A stretch of DNA of 55,856 nucleotides from an uncultured Rhodospirillaceae bacterium (GCA_964585785.1 CAZPFL010000005.1:1-55856), one strand, 5' to 3'; counted from the stretch's first letter, positions 1 through 10,450 are shown. A program made the numbers and translations. Notes: generated from the letters alone by a model not told the origin.

Positions 1-517
1 ACTGCTTGGCGAGACCGCGGGTGAAGCCGACGATGCCGAGCTTGACCATCGACTTACCGGGATAGGAGCCAAGATAGGGCGCAATGCCCGAGAAGTTGAC
101 GACTCGCCCCCAGTTGCGCTCGATCATGTGCGGGACGGCTGCCTTGCACATGTAATAGGGGCCGTGGAGGTTGACCGCGATATTGCGCATCCAGCTCTCG
201 ACCGGCTCTTCCAGGAGGTCGCCCTCGGACCGGTAGACCGCGTTGTTCACGACGACGTCGATCCGGCCGAACTCCTTGTGCGCACGCGCGACGAAACCGT
301 CGACGGCGTTCGGATCGGTGACATCGACCTGTTGGGCAATCACCTTGGCGCCGGCCTTTTCCGCCTCCGCCGCCGTGGCGTCGAGCCCGTCCATGTTGCG
401 GCTCGTGCAGATGGCGAGGTTCGCGCCTTCCTCGGCGAACATCACGGCCATGCGCCGGCCGATATTTCGCCCCGCGCCGGTGATCAGCACGGCGCGCCCT
501 TCTAGACCTGTCTTCAC
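1..517 (-). CDS. SDR-family NAD(P)-dependent oxidoreductase (3' end runs off the window)
   Basis: Not in the ORF track; translated by hand from GTG at 517 behind an AAGGAGA RBS: MKTGLEGRAVLITGAGRNIG...RIDVVVNNA...NWGRVVNFSG (TGxxxxIG and NNA motifs). Confidence 0.88.
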   Translation of the reverse strand, partial: MKTGLEGRAVLITGAGRNIGRRMAVMFAEEGANLAICTSRNMDGLDATAAEAEKAGAKVIAQQVDVTDPNAVDGFVARAHKEFGRIDVVVNNAVYRSEGDLLEEPVESWMRNIAVNLHGPYYMCKAAVPHMIERNWGRVVNFSGIAPYLGSYPGKSMVKLGIVGFTRGLAKQ

Positions 518-744
518 GGCCCGTTCTCCTTTTCCGTCAATGTTCCATGGCGTCGCTCGCCGGAGCCTCGCCCGGGCTCCCTGCGGCGGCTGTCGGATCG
601 GCGATCCCGATTGGGACCGCGCTCAGCCAGTTTAAGCGCGTTGCCGCGCCGCGCGCAACGGCGTGGGCTTTCCGCCGGATTGGTCGTAATCGACTGATTT
701 TATTCACATCCCGCCGACGAATCCACGGCAGGCTATGGCCGTCG

Positions 745-759
745 TTAACGCCTGGTTAA
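745..759. promoter_or_regulatory. CtrA-type binding box TTAA-N7-TTAA
   Basis: TTAACGCCTGGTTAA in the divergent intergenic region, about 170 bp upstream of the histidine kinase. Confidence 0.65.
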
Positions 760-926
760 GCAACGTGAACGATGATGGAAGCTATCGCTGGACCCGGCGC
801 CAAGCTTCCCCGGCAGCGGCGCGCGGCGGCCAAGAATTCACGTAAACGGCCACCGGCATGGCGCCGCCGTCGAAACAATAAGGACCCGGCCGCCGGCCGG
901 CGACGCAACAGGGACGCCGTTGGAAA

Positions 927-2672
927 TTGCATAGAGCCAGCAACCTCCGCCTCCTACTCTTGTTGGCGACCATCGGCGGCCTCGCTTACGCCTTTTTCCG
1001 CGCCCAATCCGTCGATTTCGACGAGCTCGCGCGCATCCGCTCCCGCCTCGAATCCCTGCGCCAGCTCGAGCAGACCGTCGACCGCGACACCTTGAAGATC
1101 CGCGTCGGGCTGCCGTCGAGCGACGATGCGCTGATGCGGCTGACCGACCGGATGACCGGTCTGCTCGCCGCCCTGCAAAAGAATATCAGCGAGTCCCTCG
1201 ACAACGCCCCGGAAGGGCTCGCCGCGTCGCTTCGCGACTACGGAGCCTTGCTGGAGAAGCGCAAGAACCTGCTGCGGCGCTTCCGCATGCGCAATGCCAC
1301 GGTCCGCGACTCGCTGCGCTCCTTCCCGGCGATGGCCGCGGCGCTGTCGGCCGCGGCGGGCGGCCAGTCGGGCACGCTCCAGCGCGCGCTCGACGCCTTC
1401 GAAATCGCGGTCCTTCGCTATCACATCGAGGCCTCCGCGGCCCGCGTCGCCAACATCAGCAAGAGCGTCGCCCGGCTGCAGCAGCTCGCGGCCGCGTCAT
1501 CGCCGCCGGTCGCGCAAAAAATCGCCGCGCTGCTCCGCGACGGCGAAGTGATCGTGACGCACCGGACCGAGGCGGACTGGACGCTGAAGGAGCTGCTCAC
1601 CGTGAGCGGCCTGCGCCTTCTCGACAACGTGCTGGAATCCTACCGGCGCAAGGAATCGGCCCTGCATGCCGAGAACAGCGCCTATCGGTCGGTCATGTTC
1701 GTCACCGCCCTGATCCTCGTGGGCTACATCGTCATGACGCTCGTCAGCCTGCTGCAGGTCCGCCGCGATCTGCAACGCGCCAACCGGGAACTGGAAATCC
1801 GCATCGCCGACATTTCGCGGGCGAAGGAAGAGGCCGAGCTGGCCAACCGTTCCAAGTCGGAATTCCTCGCCATGATGAGCCATGAGCTACGGACGCCGCT
1901 CAACGCGGTGATCGGCTTCTCGGATCTGATGCGTATCGAAGCGTTCGGCCCGGTCGGCAGCGCGCGGTACCGCGAATATGCCGGCGATATTCATGATTCG
2001 GCGCGCCACCTTCTGTCGCTGATCAACGATATCCTGGACCTCTCGAAGATCGAGCGCGGCTCACTGAAGCCGGACGAAGAGGAGCTCGACGTTCGCGCCG
2101 CTATCCGGGCCGTCGAGACCTTGGTCAAGGATCGCGCCGAGCGCGGTCGCGTCACCCTGAAGATCGATTGCCCGGAAACCTTGCCGCCGCTTCGCGTCGA
2201 CCCGCGTCAGTTCAAGCAGATGCTGGCGAACCTGCTGTCGAACGCGATCAAGTTCACCGACCCGGGCGGCCGCGTGTCGGTCACCGCGCTGTGCGATCCG
2301 GCGCGCGGCTTCGTCTTCGCGGTCGAGGACTCGGGTGTCGGCATGACCAAGGACGACATTCCGAAGGCGTTGGCGCCCTTCGTTCAGGTCGACCGGTCGC
2401 TCAGCCGCAAGCATGAGGGCACCGGCCTCGGCCTGCCTCTCACCAAGCGGATGATCGAGCTGCATGGCGGCAAGCTGGAGCTCGAGAGCGCGCCCGGCGT
2501 CGGCACCAAGGCGACGTTGATCTTCCCACTGTCGCGCATCGTGCGGCCCGCCAAGGACGGCGCGCCGGCCAATGCTGCGGGTAAGAGCGCGTCCAACGAC
2601 CTGAAGCCGGCCCCCGGGCCGGCGCCGATGCGCGGCCGCAGCGCGCCTTCGGGTGAGCCCGGCCGCCTCTGA
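927..2672 (+). CDS. Membrane sensor histidine kinase, PleC/DivJ-like HisKA-HATPase with an all-helical (DAHL-like) periplasmic sensor
   Basis: Two TM segments; H-box FLAMMSHELRTPLNAVIGFS, EAFGP..RYREY, NLLSNAIKFT, DSGVG, GTGLGL. Confidence 0.9.
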   Translation: MHRASNLRLLLLLATIGGLAYAFFRAQSVDFDELARIRSRLESLRQLEQTVDRDTLKIRVGLPSSDDALMRLTDRMTGLLAALQKNISESLDNAPEGLAASLRDYGALLEKRKNLLRRFRMRNATVRDSLRSFPAMAAALSAAAGGQSGTLQRALDAFEIAVLRYHIEASAARVANISKSVARLQQLAAASSPPVAQKIAALLRDGEVIVTHRTEADWTLKELLTVSGLRLLDNVLESYRRKESALHAENSAYRSVMFVTALILVGYIVMTLVSLLQVRRDLQRANRELEIRIADISRAKEEAELANRSKSEFLAMMSHELRTPLNAVIGFSDLMRIEAFGPVGSARYREYAGDIHDSARHLLSLINDILDLSKIERGSLKPDEEELDVRAAIRAVETLVKDRAERGRVTLKIDCPETLPPLRVDPRQFKQMLANLLSNAIKFTDPGGRVSVTALCDPARGFVFAVEDSGVGMTKDDIPKALAPFVQVDRSLSRKHEGTGLGLPLTKRMIELHGGKLELESAPGVGTKATLIFPLSRIVRPAKDGAPANAAGKSASNDLKPAPGPAPMRGRSAPSGEPGRL

Positions 2673-2722
2673 TTCCGCGCCTCGCCACCCGTCCGCGCGG
2701 ACGCCAGGCACTGCGGCTAAGC

Positions 2723-3016
2723 TTAGCCCTGCCCCGATTTCAGCGTGTGCTCGACCTTCCAGACCTGGCGGGCGAGCCAGATGCTCAGCCAGAGGCAGAG
2801 CAGGCCGAGCAGGGTCACGGCGGCGTAGGTGATGAGCGTCGGCAGGTGAAAAAGCTCGGAGGCGACGAAGATGCCGGGGACGCCATAGGCAATCATCTCG
2901 GAATCGATCAGGGCGACGACGCTGACGATGGCGACAATGGCGAGGAGGTCGGTGCGCAGGCTCCGGCGCTTGGCCGTTTTGTCGCTCCCCTCGGGATCAA
3001 CGACAGGCGAGGACAT
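2723..3016 (-). CDS. Small membrane protein of unknown function
   Basis: About 97 aa from the ATG at 3016 with 2-3 hydrophobic helices. Confidence 0.6.
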   Translation of the reverse strand: MSSPVVDPEGSDKTAKRRSLRTDLLAIVAIVSVVALIDSEMIAYGVPGIFVASELFHLPTLITYAAVTLLGLLCLWLSIWLARQVWKVEHTLKSGQG

Positions 3017-3160
3017 GGATGCGGAAACCCTTATTCGGCCGGGGACCCCATGCCGCCCGGACCGGCAGCGAACCATAGGCCCGCGGGGCTGGGTCCGGCA
3101 AGTGGCGCACAGCGCCGCACCCGGGGGGATGGATACCGTCGGCGATGGGATGGGAGAAAA

Positions 3161-3235
3161 TGGAGCGGGCGATGAGATTCGAACTCACGACATCAACCTT
3201 GGCAAGGTTGCGCTCTACCCCTGAGCTACGCCCGC
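3161..3235 (-). tRNA. tRNA-Gly (GCC)
   Basis: Reverse complement GCGGGCGTAGCTCAGGGGTAGAGCGCAACCTTGCCAAGGTTGATGTCGTGAGTTCGAATCTCATCGCCCGCTCCA: cloverleaf, GCC anticodon, TTCGA T-loop, encoded CCA. Confidence 0.98.
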
Positions 3236-3248
3236 GTTCCAGCGCGGG

Positions 3249-3276
3249 ATAATACCCATCGCGGTCGCCAAAGCAA
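3249..3276 (-). promoter_or_regulatory. Probable sigma70 promoter of tRNA-Gly
   Basis: Minus strand TTGCTT-N16-TATTAT just upstream of the tRNA. Confidence 0.45.
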
Positions 3277-3346
3277 GAAATCCGTGCGCCCGGCCCCCGC
3301 CCCCTGCGGTTGCGGCGAGTGCCCCGCCCGCGCTATGAAATCCGCC

Positions 3347-3862
3347 ATGACGGATGAGCAACCGCTTGGCGCGGAAGGGCTGTTCCAGCGGCTCGAGGCG
3401 CTTGGCATCGACTTTCAGACCCACAGCCACCCGCCGGTCTTCACGGTCGAGGAAGCCAAGGCGCTGCGCGGCACGCTGCCGGGCGCGCATGTCAAGAACC
3501 TGTTCCTGCGTGACAAAAAGAAGCGCATCTGGCTGGTTACGGCGCTGGAGGAGCGGCAGATCGACCTGAAGGCGCTCAAGCGGCGGCTTGGCGCCCAGGG
3601 CAGCCTGTCTTTCGGCAGCGCCGAGCTGCTGCTGGAAGTGCTTGGCGTGCAGCCGGGCTCGGTGACCCCCTTCGGCGTGGTCAACGACCGGGCAGGGCGG
3701 ACTTCAGTCGTGCTCGACAAGGGCGCGCTCGAAAAAGGCCCGGTCAACGCCCATCCGCTCCGCAACGACATGACGACCGCGGTCTCTCCCGACGGGCTGC
3801 TGCGTTTCCTGGAAGCGGAGCATCACGTCCCGGAGATCATCGATTTCGGTGCGCCGATATGA
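3347..3862 (+). CDS. ProX/YbaK-family prolyl-tRNA editing (deacylase) protein
   Basis: HPPVFTVEEA, KNLFLRDKK, LGVQPGSVTPFG, HPLRNDMT motifs. Confidence 0.92.
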   Translation: MTDEQPLGAEGLFQRLEALGIDFQTHSHPPVFTVEEAKALRGTLPGAHVKNLFLRDKKKRIWLVTALEERQIDLKALKRRLGAQGSLSFGSAELLLEVLGVQPGSVTPFGVVNDRAGRTSVVLDKGALEKGPVNAHPLRNDMTTAVSPDGLLRFLEAEHHVPEIIDFGAPI

Positions 3863-3953
3863 GGGAGGCCCTTGCCTTAAGGGTGCCAAGCGGCCATTTA
3901 ATCGTGTAAACCTCGGACCGCGATCACGCAGGCAGTAGCGCCGCTCACCGGCG

Positions 3954-4928
3954 TTGAAAGAACATGAGGGTATGTTGAGCATGCAGGACATTCTAGGCGG
4001 CGCAGCACCAGGGGCCGGCGCGACGGACCCCGCCGCGGACCGCGGCGCGCTCATAAAAGACACCACCACCCAGGCCTTCGCGGCGGACGTGCTCGAAGCC
4101 AGCATGACCGTGCCGGTGATCGTTGACTTCTGGGCGCCTTGGTGCGGCCCGTGCAAACAGCTCGGCCCGTTGCTGGAAAAGGCGGTGACGGAGCGGGCCG
4201 GCGCCGTGAAGCTGGTCAAGCTCGACATCGAGGAACACCCGGCGATCGCCCAGCAGCTTCGCATTCAGTCCATCCCCGCCGTTTTCGCCTTCGTCCGCGG
4301 GCAGCCTGTCGACGGGTTCGTCGGGGCGCTGCCGGAAAGCCAGATCAAGTCCTTCATCGAACGGCTGATCCGGGCGAGCGGCGGCGAGGTCGGCCCGACG
4401 CCGACCGAGCAAATGCTGGAGCAAGCCGCGGAGGCCATCGCCGCCGGCGACGTGTCGACCGCCGGCGCGCTTTACGGCCGCATCCTGCAGCAGCAGCCGG
4501 ACAACGTGAAAGCGATCGCCGGCATGGCGCGCTGCTATGCCGAGACCGGGCAGCCGGACGCGGCCGAGCAGCTGCTCGCCACCCTGCCGGAGACGAAGCG
4601 TAACGATCCGGATGTCGCCGCGGTTCGCGCGTCGCTCGAGCTGGCCGAGAAGGCGCAGGAAGCATCCGGCCGCATGCAGGAGTTCGAAAGCCGCGTGCAG
4701 CAGAACCCCAACGATCACGAGGCGCGCTTCGAGCTTGCGCTCGCCGCCTATGCCCAGCGCCAGGCGGAGCGCGCGATCGATGAGCTGCTCGAGATCGTGC
4801 GCCGTAACCGGACGTGGAACGAGGACGCCGCGCGCAAGGAGCTGGTCAAGATCTTCGACGCGCTCGGCCCAACCCATCCGGCCACCATCGAAGGCCGGCA
4901 ACGGCTGTCGTCGGTCCTGTTTGCATGA
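3954..4928 (+). CDS. cnoX: Thioredoxin-TPR chaperedoxin (YbbN/CnoX)
   Basis: VDFWAPWCGPCK thioredoxin domain followed by TPR helices, C-terminal RQRLSSVLF; exact start uncertain (3954/3972/3981). Confidence 0.92.
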   Translation: MKEHEGMLSMQDILGGAAPGAGATDPAADRGALIKDTTTQAFAADVLEASMTVPVIVDFWAPWCGPCKQLGPLLEKAVTERAGAVKLVKLDIEEHPAIAQQLRIQSIPAVFAFVRGQPVDGFVGALPESQIKSFIERLIRASGGEVGPTPTEQMLEQAAEAIAAGDVSTAGALYGRILQQQPDNVKAIAGMARCYAETGQPDAAEQLLATLPETKRNDPDVAAVRASLELAEKAQEASGRMQEFESRVQQNPNDHEARFELALAAYAQRQAERAIDELLEIVRRNRTWNEDAARKELVKIFDALGPTHPATIEGRQRLSSVLFA

Positions 4929-5581
4929 GCACCTTCGACCCCGGTTTCGACGCCTTGCCGTCGCAGATTGCGATTTTTCCCCTGACCGGGGTCCTGCTGC
5001 TGCCGCGCGGTGAGCTGCCGCTCAACATCTTCGAGCCGCGCTATCTGCACATGGTCGAGGACGCGCTCGGCGCGGGCCGCATGATCGGCATGGTCCAGCC
5101 GACCGAGCATGAAAACACGCAACCCAACCCGCCGGTCTACCGCACCGGTTGCGCCGGCCGGATCACCGCCTTCCAGGAAACCGAGGACGGCCGGTTCCTG
5201 CTGACGCTGAAGGGGGTCAGCCGCTTCGATATCGAGGAAGAGCTGCCGCTGAAACGCGGCTACCGTCCGGTGGTCGCCGACTGGTCGCGCTACCGGGGCG
5301 ACCTGAATGCGGAGGCCGAAACGCGGATCGAGCGGGCGCGCCTGATGGGGTCACTCAAAGGCTATTTCTCGGCGCACGGCATCTCGGCGGACTGGAACGC
5401 GATCGAGGCAAGCGCCGATGAGCGGCTGGTGACCTGCCTGTCGATGATCTGTCCGTTCGAAGCATCCGAGAAGCAAGCGCTGCTCGAAGCGCCGAATCTT
5501 CTGGAACGCAGCAAAATCCTGACGACGCTGGTCGAGATGTCGGCCCATGCCAAAGCGCCCGGCCACGCCGCCCCGCAATAG
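4925..5581 (+). CDS. LON peptidase N-terminal (substrate-binding) domain protein
   Basis: [23 protein letters not shown]; ATGA overlap with cnoX. Confidence 0.92.
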   Translation: MSTFDPGFDALPSQIAIFPLTGVLLLPRGELPLNIFEPRYLHMVEDALGAGRMIGMVQPTEHENTQPNPPVYRTGCAGRITAFQETEDGRFLLTLKGVSRFDIEEELPLKRGYRPVVADWSRYRGDLNAEAETRIERARLMGSLKGYFSAHGISADWNAIEASADERLVTCLSMICPFEASEKQALLEAPNLLERSKILTTLVEMSAHAKAPGHAAPQ

Positions 5582-5582
5582 C

Positions 5583-5786
5583 ATGACGAAGGAAAAGACA
5601 ATGCCGACACGATCGGAAGTCGACCGGAAGCTGCTGGAGCGCCTGGTGTGCCCGCTGACCAAGGGGCCGCTGATCTATGACCGTGAAAATCAGGAGCTGA
5701 TCAGCGAGCAGGCCAAGCTCGCCTATCCGATCCGCGACGGCATTCCGATCATGCTGGTCGACGAAGCGCGCGTCATCGAAGACTGA
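5583..5786 (+). CDS. Trm112/YcaR-family protein (UPF0434)
   Basis: [10 protein letters not shown]...[18 protein letters not shown]. Confidence 0.92.
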   Translation: MTKEKTMPTRSEVDRKLLERLVCPLTKGPLIYDRENQELISEQAKLAYPIRDGIPIMLVDEARVIED

Positions 5787-5802
5787 GCGCAGGCGCGCTG
5801 TC

Positions 5803-6180
5803 ATGCCGACGGATGACTTCAAGACCGAGCACTGGCCGACCGAGATCCGGCTGCGCAAGCAGGAGAAAATCCTCGAGGTGGATTTCGACGACGGCAGCCG
5901 GTTTGCGCTGCCGGCCGAATTTCTGCGCGTCGAGAGCCCGTCCGCGGAAGTGCAGGGCCACGGTCCCGACCAGAAAACCCTGGTCGCCGGGCGGCGGCAT
6001 GTCGGCATCATGGGCGTCGAGCCGGTCGGAAACTACGCGGTCCGCATCAAATTCGACGACCTGCACGACACCGGCATCTTCAGCTGGGCCTATCTCTACC
6101 GGCTCGGACGCGAGAAGGACCAGCTCTGGCAGGCCTATCTCGACGCGCTCGCCGAGCACGGCTTGAGCCGCGACCCGTAA
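5803..6180 (+). CDS. DUF971 / GBBH-like N-terminal domain protein
   Basis: EFLRVESPSAEVQGHG, VGNYAVRIKFDDLHDTGIFSW. Confidence 0.92.
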   Translation: MPTDDFKTEHWPTEIRLRKQEKILEVDFDDGSRFALPAEFLRVESPSAEVQGHGPDQKTLVAGRRHVGIMGVEPVGNYAVRIKFDDLHDTGIFSWAYLYRLGREKDQLWQAYLDALAEHGLSRDP

Positions 6181-6193
6181 TTCCGAAACGACG

Positions 6194-7450
6194 TTAAAGC
6201 GCTTCGCCGCGGACGAGACGCGGCAGGTCGCCGACGACGCCCATGGCATGGCGCATCAGGAAGCGCTTCAGCGGCGGCAGCCGGTTGACCCCGGCGAGAC
6301 CGATATCCCGGGCGAGACGGATCGGCCCGATATCGTTCGAGAACAGCCGATTAAGCCCATCGGTTACCGCCGTCAGCAGCATGTTGTCGAACCGGCGCCA
6401 GCGTTCGTAGCGGTCGAGCACTTGGGGACCCGCGGGATCCAGCCCGAGGCGGTGGGAGTCGACGATTAGCTCCGCCAGCGCCGCCACGTCGCGCAAGCCG
6501 AGATTGAGCCCCTGGCCCGCGATCGGATGGATCGCATGCGCCGCATCGCCGATCAGCGCGAGCCGGGACGCCGTATAGCGCGCCGCATGCTGAACGCCGA
6601 GCGGGTAGGAAAAGCGCGGCCCGGTCAGGCTGATCGCGCCGAGCCAATCACCGAAGCGGCGTTTCAGCTCCTCCAAGAAGGCATCGTCGCCGAGCGCGAG
6701 GTAGGCCGCGGCCAGATCCGACCGCTCGCTCCAGACGACATTGCTGCGGTTTTCCGTCATCGGCAGCATCGCAAACGGGCCGCCTGGAAGGAATAGCTCG
6801 ACGGCGACGCCGTGATGCGCCCGCTCATGACGCACGGTGCAGACGATCGCGGTTTGCCGGTAGCGCAGGCTCGTCACCCTGATGCCGGCATCGCGGCGGA
6901 CTTGGGACGACCGGCCGTCGGCGGCGACGGCAAGCCTGGCGCGAATGCGCCGGCCGTCGGCGAGACCCGCCTCGACCTGATGGCTGTCCCGGGTGAGCGC
7001 CGTCATGGTCACCGGCGCCAGCAGCGTCAGCTTCGGTAGGCGCCCGGCAAAGGCGTGCAACGCAACGCGGATATGGCGGTTCTCGATAATATAGCCAAAG
7101 GGATCGTCACCCAGGTCGCGGTGGTCGTAATGCAGGAACAAGGGTGAGATGCCGCGTATCGGATGGCCGTCGGCCACCCGGATGTCGGCGATCGGCGAGG
7201 CATACGGCTCGAGCAAGGGCCAGACGCCGATGCCTTTGAACGCCATGGCGGATGCATGCGCGACCGCCGACGCCCGGCCGTCATAGTCGGGCGCGACCGT
7301 CGCCGCCGGAGGCTCGCGGTCGATCACCACAACCGCGATGCCGGCGCCGGCCAGCGCACAGGCAAGCGTCATGCCCGCCATGCCGCCGCCGACGATCAGA
7401 ACGTCGGCGTCCAGACGTTGCGGCGATTCGCCGTCCTCACCCTGCATCAT
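6194..7450 (-). CDS. UbiH/UbiL/COQ6-family FAD-dependent ubiquinone biosynthesis hydroxylase
   Basis: VLIVGGGMAG, VAADGRSS, LIGDAAHAIHPIAGQGLNLGLRD. Confidence 0.93.
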   Translation of the reverse strand: MMQGEDGESPQRLDADVLIVGGGMAGMTLACALAGAGIAVVVIDREPPAATVAPDYDGRASAVAHASAMAFKGIGVWPLLEPYASPIADIRVADGHPIRGISPLFLHYDHRDLGDDPFGYIIENRHIRVALHAFAGRLPKLTLLAPVTMTALTRDSHQVEAGLADGRRIRARLAVAADGRSSQVRRDAGIRVTSLRYRQTAIVCTVRHERAHHGVAVELFLPGGPFAMLPMTENRSNVVWSERSDLAAAYLALGDDAFLEELKRRFGDWLGAISLTGPRFSYPLGVQHAARYTASRLALIGDAAHAIHPIAGQGLNLGLRDVAALAELIVDSHRLGLDPAGPQVLDRYERWRRFDNMLLTAVTDGLNRLFSNDIGPIRLARDIGLAGVNRLPPLKRFLMRHAMGVVGDLPRLVRGEAL

Positions 7451-7511
7451 CCGCTTACCCTCGCTCCTGGTTGAGCAACCGTCCAGTCGTCAAACTGCCG
7501 CGCCTTATTTC

Positions 7512-7557
7512 CGCTCGAATCTTAAGCAAAAGCGCCTTTTTGCATAAATTTTGATCA
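7512..7557. promoter_or_regulatory. Tandem NtrC-like enhancer sites upstream of glnK-amtB
   Basis: 17-mers CGCTCGAATCTTAAGCA (7512-7528) and TGCATAAATTTTGATCA (7541-7557), about 100 bp upstream of a sigma54-like promoter. Confidence 0.55.
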
Positions 7558-7641
7558 TTCTGCCGCTATCGATTTGACCATCACTGCATCTGAATACCGT
7601 CATTCCCTTGGGAATCCAACCGAATCACGCGGCCGGACGAA

Positions 7642-7657
7642 TCGGCATGCTTCTTGT
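7642..7657 (+). promoter_or_regulatory. Sigma54 (-24/-12)-like promoter of glnK-amtB
   Basis: TCGGCATGCTTCTTGT (GG-N10-GT variant of TGGCACG-N4-TTGC). Confidence 0.65.
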
Positions 7658-7659
7658 AA

Positions 7660-8091
<432 letters not shown>

Positions 8092-8101
8092 GGGGAGTAT
8101 C

Positions 8102-9412
8102 ATGATCATCATGAATGTGAAAAAACTTTCGAAAATCGGCGTGCCGTTCACCGCGGCCGCTCTAGCGGTATTTGCGGCCGTGACCCCGGCTCTGGCGGCG
8201 GATGCACCGAAACTTGATACTGGCGACACGGCCTGGATGCTGACGTCGACCGCGCTGGTCCTGTTGATGACAATACCGGGCCTGGCGCTTTTCTACGGCG
8301 GCATGGTGCGCAAGAAGAACGTGCTCGCGACGTGCATGCAAAGCTTTGCCATCACCTGCCTCGTGACCGTGCTCTGGACGATCATCGGCTACAGCCTCGC
8401 CTTTGATGCCGGCAACTCGGTCGTCGGCGGGCTCGGCAAATTCATGCTCAAGAGCATGGGCAAGGACACCTTGTCCGGCACGATCCCCGAAAGCGTGTTC
8501 ATGACCTTCCAGATGACTTTCGCGATCATCACGCCGGCACTGATCACCGGCGCCTTCGCCGATCGCATGAAGTTCTCCGCCATGCTCGTCTTCATGACCC
8601 TTTGGTCATTGCTGGTCTACTCGCCGATCTGCCACTGGGTATGGGGCGGCGGCTTCCTCGGCGGCGCTGGCGTGCTCGACTTCGCCGGCGGCACGGTGGT
8701 GCACATCAACGCCGGCGTAGCCGGCCTCGTTTGCGCGCTCGTTCTGGGTAAGCGCCTCGGTTACCGCGAAGAGAACATGGCGCCGCACAACCTCGTCCTC
8801 AGCTTGATCGGCGCATCATTGCTGTGGGTCGGCTGGTTCGGCTTCAACGCCGGGTCGGCGGTCGCCGCGAACGGCTCGGCCGGCATGGCGATGGCGGTCA
8901 CGCAAATCGCGACGGCGGCAGCGGCACTCGCCTGGATGTTCGTCGAGTGGGCGTTCGTCGGCAAGCCCAGCGTCCTCGGCATCATTTCCGGCGCGGTCGC
9001 CGGCCTTGTCGCCATCACGCCGGCATCGGGCTTCGTCGGCCCGGGCGGCGCGCTGGTGATCGGCATCGTGGCCGGCGCGGGCTGTTGGTGGTCGGCGTCC
9101 AAGCTCAAGCTGATGATCGGATACGACGACTCGCTCGATGCCTTCGGCGTCCACGCCGTGGGCGGCGCGATCGGCGCGATCCTGACGGGTGTTTTCGCCG
9201 TCAAGGCGATCGGCGGCACGGCGGGCATGCTCGAAGGCAATACCGCGCAAGTTGGCCTGCAGTTCTATGGCGTGGCGGTGACGGTCGTCTATGACGCGAT
9301 CGCGACCTTCATCCTGCTGAAAATCGTCGATGTCATCATCGGCCTGCGGGTCGATGCCGAGACCGAGCGCGATGGTCTCGACCTCAACCTGCACGGTGAG
9401 ACCGTGCCCTAG
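8102..9412 (+). CDS. amtB: Ammonium transporter AmtB
   Basis: DTAWMLTSTALVLLMTIPGLALFYGG, DFAGGTVVH, WFGFNAGS, DDSLDAFGVH; start uncertain (8081/8102/8111). Confidence 0.97.
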   Translation: MIIMNVKKLSKIGVPFTAAALAVFAAVTPALAADAPKLDTGDTAWMLTSTALVLLMTIPGLALFYGGMVRKKNVLATCMQSFAITCLVTVLWTIIGYSLAFDAGNSVVGGLGKFMLKSMGKDTLSGTIPESVFMTFQMTFAIITPALITGAFADRMKFSAMLVFMTLWSLLVYSPICHWVWGGGFLGGAGVLDFAGGTVVHINAGVAGLVCALVLGKRLGYREENMAPHNLVLSLIGASLLWVGWFGFNAGSAVAANGSAGMAMAVTQIATAAAALAWMFVEWAFVGKPSVLGIISGAVAGLVAITPASGFVGPGGALVIGIVAGAGCWWSASKLKLMIGYDDSLDAFGVHAVGGAIGAILTGVFAVKAIGGTAGMLEGNTAQVGLQFYGVAVTVVYDAIATFILLKIVDVIIGLRVDAETERDGLDLNLHGETVP

Positions 9413-9454
9413 CCTTCCCTACTTCAGCACCGCCGGTGCCCGGCGGGAGGGACG

Positions 9455-9482
9455 GAAAAGGGGGGCTTCGGCCCCCCTTTTC
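9455..9482 (+). terminator. Rho-independent terminator after amtB
   Basis: GAAAAGGGGGGC-TTCG-GCCCCCCTTTTC hairpin. Confidence 0.85.
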
Positions 9483-9522
9483 TCATGCCGGTCCCCACCG
9501 CGGGACGACTGCGCATGCTGGC

Positions 9523-9635
9523 TGCTGATTTTTTAGGCAAATGCGCCTTGACCGGGCAGCCGGACAACCAGAGGCTCAAACGAGCGGATTATTCTTCAAT
9601 ATGTTAGGCGGTATCCCCGTCGGCACGTTTCTTGA
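9523..9635 (+). promoter_or_regulatory. NtrC-like sites plus sigma54-like promoter of the second P-II gene
   Basis: TGCTGATTTTTTAGGCA (9523-9539), TGCGCCTTGACCGGGCA (9542-9558), TCGGCACGTTTCTTGA (9620-9635). Confidence 0.6.
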
Positions 9636-9719
9636 TTATCCCCTTGGCTAAGGGGCTTTGCGCAATCGACTACCGCCGGGGCGTCGAATCGGGCCCACGG
9701 CCAGCGAAAGGAAAAACCA

Positions 9720-10058
9720 ATGAAGCTGATCATGGCAATTATCAAGCCCTTCAAGCTTGATGACGTCCGTGAGGCACTGACCGGAATGGGGATCGAAGGG
9801 CTCACGGTCACGGAAGTCAAAGGGTACGGCCGCCAGAAGGGCCAGACAGAGATTTACCGCGGCGCGGAGTACACCGTCAGCTTCCTGCCGAAGCTAAAGA
9901 TCGAAGTCGCCGTGACAGCGGACGTCGCGGACAAGGTCGTCGAGGCCATCACCGCCGCCGCGAAAACCAACCAGATCGGCGACGGCAAGATTTTCGTTAT
10001 GGATCTCCGCAAAGCGGTTCGCATCCGCACCGGAGAGACCGACGCGGACGCGCTTTAG
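9720..10058 (+). CDS. glnK: Second P-II protein (GlnK/GlnZ type)
   Basis: 112 aa [20 protein letters not shown]...[13 protein letters not shown]...IGDGKIFV. Confidence 0.95.
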   Translation: MKLIMAIIKPFKLDDVREALTGMGIEGLTVTEVKGYGRQKGQTEIYRGAEYTVSFLPKLKIEVAVTADVADKVVEAITAAAKTNQIGDGKIFVMDLRKAVRIRTGETDADAL

Positions 10059-10159
10059 TAGAAGCAAGGGATGGTCGTCGCCACGCGGCCATCCTTGTCG
10101 ATCTTGTCCGGGACAGGCAGCCATGCCCGGGCAAGTGGAGGCCGTCCCCTCCACACGAG

Positions 10160-10196
10160 CGCCCGGAAGGGTTCCCCATCCTTCCGGGCGTTTCTT
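10160..10196 (+). terminator. Probable terminator hairpin after the second P-II gene
   Basis: CGCCCGGAAGG-N9-CCTTCCGGGCG followed by TTTCTT. Confidence 0.65.
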
Positions 10197-10450
10197 CGCT
10201 CAATGTAAATAAAATAGTCGGCAAGCCGGCCATAATGTGGGCGGGCGAGTGCGCTTGTGTCCGGCGGCATCGGAAGCTAAACTCCCGCACGCAATTCTTG
10301 CAAGTTCGATTTATTACTTGCGGCGACTCAGCCAACATTTGCAGAGCTCTTGTGAAGATGTTGAATTTGAAATTCGGCAACCTGCAAAACGACCTTGTTG
10401 ATCGGCGGCAATCGCCGCCGGAACACAACGGCATGTCGGACGGATAGCCA

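Noticed and set aside
128-635. Plus-strand ORFs 128..505 and 243..635
   Set aside because: Antisense shadows of the minus-strand SDR gene
1-3235. Genomic island integrated at the 3' end of tRNA-Gly
   Set aside because: No integrase, no duplicated tRNA 3' end and no compositional shift inside the window
3871-3900. Possible RpoH promoter (CTTG...CCATTT) before cnoX
   Set aside because: Biologically plausible, but the spacing and -10 match are too loose to support
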